From NCBI GenBank assembly GCA_964583785.1, contig CAZOXS010000022.1:1-49299 (forward strand): 49,299 bases of DNA. The letters are read 5' to 3'. The position numbers and the translations under genes are program-made. Positions 43,542 through 49,299 of this stretch are shown piece after piece. Every line of letters starts with the position of its first letter. Positions within the stretch are counted from its first letter, which is position 1. The notes under the pieces were generated by a model. It saw nothing but the letters and a program-made list of their open reading frames with translations. It did no database searches and was not told the origin of the DNA. This DNA is from an uncultured Victivallales bacterium (GTDB lineage: Bacteria > Verrucomicrobiota > Kiritimatiellia > UBA8416).

Positions 43542-44656
43542 GCCACCGCCGTTCTCCTGTCGAGTTCCCGCAGCCGCTGCCGGGCTATGCCGACGTAATC
43601 GATCTGCACGCTTTTAAAGAGATGCACATCCTTGTTCTGCTCGATCCCGACAAACCGCCGCCCCTCCATGGCCGCCGCCACCAGGAAACTACCACTACCG
43701 AAGGCATTATCCAGAACCAACGCACCCGGGTCAGTATATGTGCTTACCAGGTAACGGCCCAGTTCAACCGGTTTTTGTGTCGGATGCCAGACCGAGCCCT
43801 CGCTCTCGGCCGTCTTGAAATACACAACATCGGTGGGATAACGCTGCCCTTCGCTCTGTACGCGGGCAGGCAGGAAATCGCCATAGCTGCCGGAAAGCTG
43901 GTTCTTGCGAACCCCTTTGTCATAAGGTGCGCCGCTTCCCATGACCGGGTGATAGACAGGCTGACTTTCATAGAAGACGCAAATGTCCTCATGCTTTCGT
44001 AAAGGTTGCTTTTTTGCATTCAGGAAGTTCGTCGGCTTGGATTTCTCCCACACAAGCTTGTACTTGAACCAGCGTTCATTGCTTAACATGAGCTTGGCGG
44101 TGAAAATGCCATGCGACGTCAGGACAATTGCACCGCCGGGTTTTATGATCCGTCGGTATTGCCGCCATAGTGCATCCAGCGGGATGATGCTGTCCCACTT
44201 GTTCTGTGTGGTGCCATACGGAAGATCACATAGAATCAGGTCTATACAGCGATCCGGGAAAAAAGGAAGAATCTCGAGGCAATCCCCTTCAAAAAGCCCA
44301 CCATCAAGCTCGGATCCGTGCAGCATTCGATCGGGAGTAAACCGCCTGCCGTCCCTGGGGTCGTAGGCAGGCGCGAGTTGACTGTGCTTTTTCGCTTCCG
44401 GCATCGGTTCCGCATCCGGCCACAAGATCATCTGTTCCGCACCCAGAAGCTCAGGACACTCACGGTGCGAAAGCAGGTGGTAGCCCGATTTCCGAAACAA
44501 GCCGTGAGCATCCGTCAGGTTAGGGCCAGCCACCTCACGCACAATTGACGAATCAAATATCCTTCTCGCATAGGACTTTACGAACGCATCCATATCGACA
44601 GGCTGGTATGTCTGTCGTTTCCGTGTGCAGGGGTAGATGGTTTGTACTTTTTTCAT
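43538..44656 (-). CDS. beta-class DNA methyltransferase (N4-C/N6-A, PF01555-like) with N-terminal extension
   Basis: Trimmed to MKKVQTIYPC (ATG 44656) to avoid overlapping the upstream gene. DLILCDLPYG (motif IV) precedes DNAFGSGSFLVAA (motif I). 4-nt overlap with the R-M fusion gene. Confidence 0.8.
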   Translation of the reverse strand: MKKVQTIYPCTRKRQTYQPVDMDAFVKSYARRIFDSSIVREVAGPNLTDAHGLFRKSGYHLLSHRECPELLGAEQMILWPDAEPMPEAKKHSQLAPAYDPRDGRRFTPDRMLHGSELDGGLFEGDCLEILPFFPDRCIDLILCDLPYGTTQNKWDSIIPLDALWRQYRRIIKPGGAIVLTSHGIFTAKLMLSNERWFKYKLVWEKSKPTNFLNAKKQPLRKHEDICVFYESQPVYHPVMGSGAPYDKGVRKNQLSGSYGDFLPARVQSEGQRYPTDVVYFKTAESEGSVWHPTQKPVELGRYLVSTYTDPGALVLDNAFGSGSFLVAAAMEGRRFVGIEQNKDVHLFKSVQIDYVGIARQRLRELDRRTAVA

Positions 44657-44705
44657 GCCTTGTGTCAATATGATTAACATAGCGGCATCACAAGTGCAAC
44701 GGCAT

Positions 44706-45407
44706 TCAGCGTCGGCTAACACAACGTGCATACCCCTCGCGGGCGTTTGCCACCAGCCACTGCCAGACAACCCGGCCCGCGTCCGTACCCAAGGCGGCGG
44801 CCTCGGCGGCTGTGGCGTCGGAGACCATCACCACCCAGAGGCAGATGCCCAGCACGTTGGCGAGGTAGATCACAGCATAGGAAAACAGGCGGCCCTGGTC
44901 GCGGATGTCCGACTGGCACTGGAGCAGGGCGCTGATCGTGAAGGTCACGTGGAATCCCCAGGTCAGGCCGACGAGCCCCAGCCAGAACAGATGAAAGCGC
45001 TCGACCGGATAAAAGAGCATCAGGAGGTAATAGAGGCCGATCAGCAGGACGGTATAGAGCGGGAAGAAGTAGGGCGCCAGGGTGATCAGGAAGTTGGTTT
45101 TCGAGAGCATTACCGAGCCGCGGTCCTCCTTGACGCTGATTTTCGCGATCGATGCCCCCATCAGCAGTCCCCAAAGCGCGTGGGTCAACTCATGCGCCAG
45201 GATATAACTGCGCACCGGGCGGGGAAACAGCATGAACATCACCAGCCAGAGCACAAACCCGGCAAACAGCGCCAGCGCGGGCAGCGGCAGGAAGACTGCC
45301 GTCTCCGTCCGGGCGGCGGCCTGCAGCAGCCCCCAGAGTACCTGCGAGACCACGGCACAAACCGGCAGCAGCAGCAGGCCGATCATGAATTTGAGCAGTT
45401 TTAGCAT
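44706..45407 (-). CDS. polytopic membrane protein with HExxH (DUF3267/M50B-like putative metallopeptidase)
   Basis: YILAHELTHALWGLL lies within a multi-TM protein. Start set at MLKLLKFMIGLLLLP (45407); the longest ORF reaches 45452 and would overlap the ZIP gene. Confidence 0.55.
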   Translation of the reverse strand: MLKLLKFMIGLLLLPVCAVVSQVLWGLLQAAARTETAVFLPLPALALFAGFVLWLVMFMLFPRPVRSYILAHELTHALWGLLMGASIAKISVKEDRGSVMLSKTNFLITLAPYFFPLYTVLLIGLYYLLMLFYPVERFHLFWLGLVGLTWGFHVTFTISALLQCQSDIRDQGRLFSYAVIYLANVLGICLWVVMVSDATAAEAAALGTDAGRVVWQWLVANAREGYARCVSRR

Positions 45408-45432
45408 ACGCCAGCAGGTGTCAGCTTCTATG

Positions 45433-46278
45433 TCAGCCCAGTGCAACATCAAGCAGCATCATCACGGAAAACCCGCTCATGGTTGCCATCGTCACCAGGT
45501 CGATATTCGCCTCGTTGCGCTGCGATTCGGGAATCAGTTCCTCGACAACGACATAAATCATGGCCCCCGCCGCGAAGCAAAGCGCATACGGCAGGATGCT
45601 TTGCATGTTCAGCACAAAGGCCGCCCCGATCATTCCCGCCACAGGTTCGACGGCACCCGACGCCTGCCCCATGAAAAAGCTCTTGCGGCGGGTCATGCCC
45701 TCCCGCCGTAACGGCAGCGCGACCGCCGCGCCTTCCGGAAAGTTCTGGAGCCCGATCCCGATCGCCAGCGCGATGGCGCCGCCAATGGTGGCAGATGAAA
45801 GATTGGCCGCCACCGCGCCAAAGGCGACCCCGACCGCGAGGCCTTCGGGGATGTTGTGCAAGGTGATCGCGAGCACCAGCAGGGTACTGCGCTGCCAGGA
45901 TGTCTTGATGCCCTCGCTCTTTTCCACCGCCAGTCCCGGATGGAGATGCGGCAGGAGGCGGTCGATCACCTTCATGAAGCCGCCACCGGCCATGAATCCG
46001 ATGACGGCGGTCAGCCAAGGGATCTGCCCCATCTGTTCTGCCATCTCGATGCCGGGCGCCAGCAGCGACCAGAAGCTGGCGGCAATCATGACTCCCGCCG
46101 CGAACCCCAGCATCGAATCCATTAACCTGGGTTTGACCTCTCGCGAGAAAAGGACGAGTGCGGCACCGACCGCGGTCACCCCCCATGTGAAGAGCGTTGC
46201 CAACAGTGCCTGTGTTACCGGACTGAATTGCTGAATGAAGTCGCCCACGAATATTACCTGCTTCCCTGGTTGCGTCAA
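45433..46278 (-). CDS. ZIP-family divalent metal transporter (ZupT-like)
   Basis: LAITLHNIPEGLAVGVAFG and GIGLQNFPEGAAVALPL, 8-TM pattern. Confidence 0.9.
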   Translation of the reverse strand: MTQPGKQVIFVGDFIQQFSPVTQALLATLFTWGVTAVGAALVLFSREVKPRLMDSMLGFAAGVMIAASFWSLLAPGIEMAEQMGQIPWLTAVIGFMAGGGFMKVIDRLLPHLHPGLAVEKSEGIKTSWQRSTLLVLAITLHNIPEGLAVGVAFGAVAANLSSATIGGAIALAIGIGLQNFPEGAAVALPLRREGMTRRKSFFMGQASGAVEPVAGMIGAAFVLNMQSILPYALCFAAGAMIYVVVEELIPESQRNEANIDLVTMATMSGFSVMMLLDVALG

Positions 46279-46482
46279 TACGTTGAATGGCAGGGCCGAT
46301 GCCCACGGCCATGAACACGTTGGCGATCAAGAGTACCGCCTACCCCGTCTCATCTCCAGCAGAAAAGTGAGTAGATCGGCCCGGATTTTTCACATTTAAC
46401 GATGAATTTTTTATCCTTGATCTCTCTACCCGTTCCCGATGATAATGCCAAACCTCGATAACCAAAGAGCAAAGGAGCATTC

Positions 46483-47322
46483 ATGGGCTGGTTTAATAAA
46501 TCCTCCAGGAAGCAGGAGACGGAGATTCCGGATGGTCTTTTCGTTGTCTGCGGCAAATGCAAGGCGCATGTCTACAAGGAAGAATTCGAACGGGCGTTCA
46601 AGGTTTGCCCGTCCTGTGGCTTCCACGAGCGCCTCACCGCACAGGAGCGGATCGACCTGATTGTCGATGCGGGCACATTCCGCGAATTCAACGAGAAGAT
46701 CACCTTCAACGATCCGTTGAAATTCTCCGATGCCAAGGGCAGCTATGCCGACAAGGCCAGGGAGGCGATCGAGAAAACCGGCTTGAAGGAGGCCGTCGTC
46801 ACGGGCAGCGGTAACATCGGCGGCATCCGCACGGTGCTGGCGGTGATGGACTTCCGCTTCCTGGGCGGCAGCCTGGCCAGCGGCACGGGCGAGAAGATCC
46901 TGCTGGCGACCGAGCACGCGCAACGGATGAAGCGCGCGCTGATCATCTTTTCGGCCTCGGGCGGTGCCCGTATGCATGAGGGGATAATCGCGCTGATGCA
47001 GATGGCCAAGACCTGCGCCGGTATCTCGCGCATGGACAAGGCTCGCCTGCCCTACATCTCGGTCCTGACCGATCCAACCTTCGGCGGTGTTTCCGCCAGC
47101 TACGCCAACGTGGGCGACATCAACGTCGCCGAACCGGGCGCCCTGATCGGCTTTGCCGGGCGCCGCGTGATCGAGCAGACCATCAAGCAGAAATTGCCGG
47201 AGGATTTCCAGACGGCCGAATACCTGCTGGACCACGGCTTTATCGACAGCATCGTCAAGCGCGCGGAACTCAAGAACTACCTGCACAGTGTCCTGCAATA
47301 CAGCAGCCGTAAACACGCGTAA
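46483..47322 (+). CDS. accD: acetyl-CoA carboxylase carboxyltransferase beta subunit
   Basis: Zinc ribbon CGKCKAHVYKEEFERAFKVCPSCGFH. VVTGSGNIGGIRTVLAVMDFRFLGGSLASGTGEKI. Confidence 0.95.
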   Translation: MGWFNKSSRKQETEIPDGLFVVCGKCKAHVYKEEFERAFKVCPSCGFHERLTAQERIDLIVDAGTFREFNEKITFNDPLKFSDAKGSYADKAREAIEKTGLKEAVVTGSGNIGGIRTVLAVMDFRFLGGSLASGTGEKILLATEHAQRMKRALIIFSASGGARMHEGIIALMQMAKTCAGISRMDKARLPYISVLTDPTFGGVSASYANVGDINVAEPGALIGFAGRRVIEQTIKQKLPEDFQTAEYLLDHGFIDSIVKRAELKNYLHSVLQYSSRKHA

Positions 47323-47336
47323 CCGGGAGAAACCTC

Positions 47337-48293
47337 ATGAATCTGGATTTTGAACAGGAACTGACGGATGTCGAAGAGCGGATTGCCGAGCTCAGCAAGA
47401 TCGACAGCAAGGACAGCCCGCAGCTCGGTGGCGAGGTGGCGGCCCTGAAGCGCAAGCTCAAGTCGCTGACCAAGAAGATCTACGCCAACCTGACCCCGTG
47501 GGACACCGTCAAGATCGCCCGCCACCAGGACCGACCGCTGCTCAAGGATTTCATTGCCGGCATGTGCAGCGAATTCCTGGAACTGCACGGCGACCGGCGC
47601 GAGGGCGACGACAAGGCGATGATCGGCGGGTTCGCCACAATCGAGGGCGAGCGCTGCATGCTGATCGGCATGGTCAAGGGCCGCACGATCGAGGAAAAGG
47701 TTCTGCACAACTTCGGGATGCCCAATCCCGAAGGCTACCGCAAGGCGCTGCGCCTGATGAAGCTGGCCGAGAAGTACAACCTGCCGATTGTGTGCGTCGT
47801 GGACACGCCGGCGGCTTATCCCGGACGCGAAGCCGAGGAGCGCGGCCAGGCCGAGGCGATCGCCCGCAACCTGACCGAGATGTCGTCTCTGGAAGTGCCG
47901 ATTATTGTCGTCATCACCGGCGAGGGCGGCAGCGGCGGGGCGCTGGGCATCGCGGTCGGCGACGCGATCCTGATGCTGCGCTACGCGGTCTATTCCGTAA
48001 TCCCGCCCGAGGGTTGCGCCGCGATCCTGTGGCGCGATGCGGAAAAAGCCCCGGAAGCGGCCGGTGCCCTCAAGATCACGGCCGATTCGCTACTCGAGCT
48101 GGGTGTGATCGACAAGATCATCGAGGAACCGGCGGGCGGGGCACACCGCGATCCGGAAACCACGATTGCCGCCACCAAGGAGGCGGTCCTGGCCGAGATC
48201 AAGCGCCTCAAGCGCATCTCGGGACCGCGCCTGGCAGACTCCCGCTACAAGAAGTTCGCCAACATGGGCCGCTACAAGACATCACGCAAATAA
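47337..48293 (+). CDS. accA: acetyl-CoA carboxylase carboxyltransferase alpha subunit
   Basis: TPWDTVKIARHQDRP, GFATIEGERCMLIG, DTPAAYPGREAEERGQAEAIARNL, GEGGSGGALGI. Confidence 0.95.
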   Translation: MNLDFEQELTDVEERIAELSKIDSKDSPQLGGEVAALKRKLKSLTKKIYANLTPWDTVKIARHQDRPLLKDFIAGMCSEFLELHGDRREGDDKAMIGGFATIEGERCMLIGMVKGRTIEEKVLHNFGMPNPEGYRKALRLMKLAEKYNLPIVCVVDTPAAYPGREAEERGQAEAIARNLTEMSSLEVPIIVVITGEGGSGGALGIAVGDAILMLRYAVYSVIPPEGCAAILWRDAEKAPEAAGALKITADSLLELGVIDKIIEEPAGGAHRDPETTIAATKEAVLAEIKRLKRISGPRLADSRYKKFANMGRYKTSRK

Positions 48294-48354
48294 ACCGCCG
48301 CCGGGCATCGGATGCCTGCCGGGGAATGATCAAATCAAAGAGAAAGGTTATAAC

Positions 48355-49299
48355 ATGACCGTCAGCAAGAAGAAAACAACCAAAGCCACGACCGTCGCCA
48401 CGCCGGCGGCAACCGTTAAACGCGAACGCATCCCGTTGCTAATCACCGACACCACGCTGCGCGACGCGCACCAGTCGCTCTGGGCGACACGCATGCGCAC
48501 GAAGGACATCATGGGCATCATCGACGCCGTCGACAATGCCGGCTACTACTCGCTCGAGGTCTGGGGCGGTGCCACGTTCGACGTCAGCCTGCGCTTCCTG
48601 CGCGAAAACCCCTGGGAACGCCTGCGCCAGATCAAGGCCGCCGCGAAAAAGACCCCGTTGCAGATGCTGCTGCGCGGGCAGAACGTGGTCGGCTACAAGC
48701 ACTATCCCGACGATGTGCTCGACCGCTTCGCGCAGCTTGCCTGCAAGAACGGCGTGGATATCTTCCGGATCTTCGACGCCCTCAACGACGTCCGCAACAT
48801 GGAGCAGTCCATCAAGAGCGTGAAGCGCTATGGCGGTCATGCGCAGGGAACCATTTGCTACACGACCAGCCCCTTCCACACCGTGGAGGAGTTCGTCCGC
48901 CTGGCGCGCGACATGGAGGCCTTGGAGGTCGATTCGATCGTGATCAAGGACATGGCCGGCATTCTCTCGCCGATCCGTGGCGAGGCGCTGGTCTCGGCAC
49001 TGGTCAAGGCCGTGAAGGTCCCGATCCAGGTGCATACGCACGCCACCAGCGGCATGGGCACGGCGACCTACGTCGAATGCGTGCGGGCCGGGGCCGGCGC
49101 GATCGATTGCTCCATCTCGGTGATGTCGAGCCGTTCCTCGCAGCCACCGGTCGAGACGATGCTGGCAATCTTCAACGAGACCGAGTACCACGCTAATCTG
49201 GATGTGGAGTGCCTCCGCAAAATCTGCCGCTACTTCGAGGAGCTGGCCCCGAAACGCGAGCAGGCGAACATGCCGATCAACCCGATCGATCCGGAAATC
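48355..49299 (+). CDS. carboxyltransferase (5S) domain protein: oxaloacetate decarboxylase alpha / pyruvate carboxylase subunit B family, 3'-truncated by the window edge
   Basis: Open from ATG 48355 to the window end (not in the ORF track). My translation: ..LLITDTTLRDAHQSLWATRMRT..LEVWGGATFDV..LQMLLRGQNVVGY..IFRIFDALND..IKDMAGIL..VHTHATSGMG. Confidence 0.85.
   Translation, partial: MTVSKKKTTKATTVATPAATVKRERIPLLITDTTLRDAHQSLWATRMRTKDIMGIIDAVDNAGYYSLEVWGGATFDVSLRFLRENPWERLRQIKAAAKKTPLQMLLRGQNVVGYKHYPDDVLDRFAQLACKNGVDIFRIFDALNDVRNMEQSIKSVKRYGGHAQGTICYTTSPFHTVEEFVRLARDMEALEVDSIVIKDMAGILSPIRGEALVSALVKAVKVPIQVHTHATSGMGTATYVECVRAGAGAIDCSISVMSSRSSQPPVETMLAIFNETEYHANLDVECLRKICRYFEELAPKREQANMPINPIDPEI

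Noticed and set aside
46279-46482. The intergenic region upstream of the ZIP gene and accD as a riboswitch or ncRNA
   Set aside because: No recognisable conserved riboswitch core or strong structure was seen by eye. An Rfam scan would be needed.

Overview
High-GC bacterial chromosomal window. The gene content (cytoplasmic-type sulfatase, giant secreted repeat proteins, four-helix-bundle and GxxExxY genes) suggests the PVC superphylum, but the taxon cannot be determined from this window. Layout: (i) 1-9880, a minus-strand operon of secreted proteins: coiled-coil protein, a 1916-aa M4 (thermolysin-like) protease with an NHL propeller, a second coiled-coil protein, and an FG-GAP/VCBS protein that runs off the left edge. 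(ii) 10.4-13.1 kb, a sigma-54-type AAA+ activator whose coding sequence carries nucleotide-level tandem repeats. (iii) 13.1-31.7 kb, a composite metalloid-resistance island: arsR, COG0701-type permease, a TolC-MFP-RND pump, thioredoxin-like/DGC genes, arsF/arsG-like genes, vapBC, an aldolase pseudogene, arsR-arsC-(AhpD-like)-arsD-arsA-acr3, a nucleotidyltransferase pair and a damaged chrA. (iv) 31.8-38 kb, HAD hydrolase, Gfo/Idh/MocA oxidoreductase, a sigma-like gene pair, ssb plus a Whirly-like gene, and a sulfatase. (v) 38-44.7 kb, an accessory patch around the tmRNA gene: RsmC-like methyltransferase, a four-helix-bundle/topo-zinc-finger protein, ssrA, and a Type IIG-like R-M fusion with a beta-class DNA methyltransferase. 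(vi) right end, membrane HExxH protein, ZIP transporter, accD, accA and a partial carboxyltransferase. The most unusual signal is non-coding. Intergenic palindromes built from short tandem units (9, 13 or 16 nt) occur in forward then inverted orientation. They bracket single accessory genes (GxxExxY, four-helix-bundle, methyltransferase), sit between ars genes, and create spurious ORF extensions. I could not match them to any named repeat family. All calls rest on reading motifs in the supplied translations and sequence; no database search was run.
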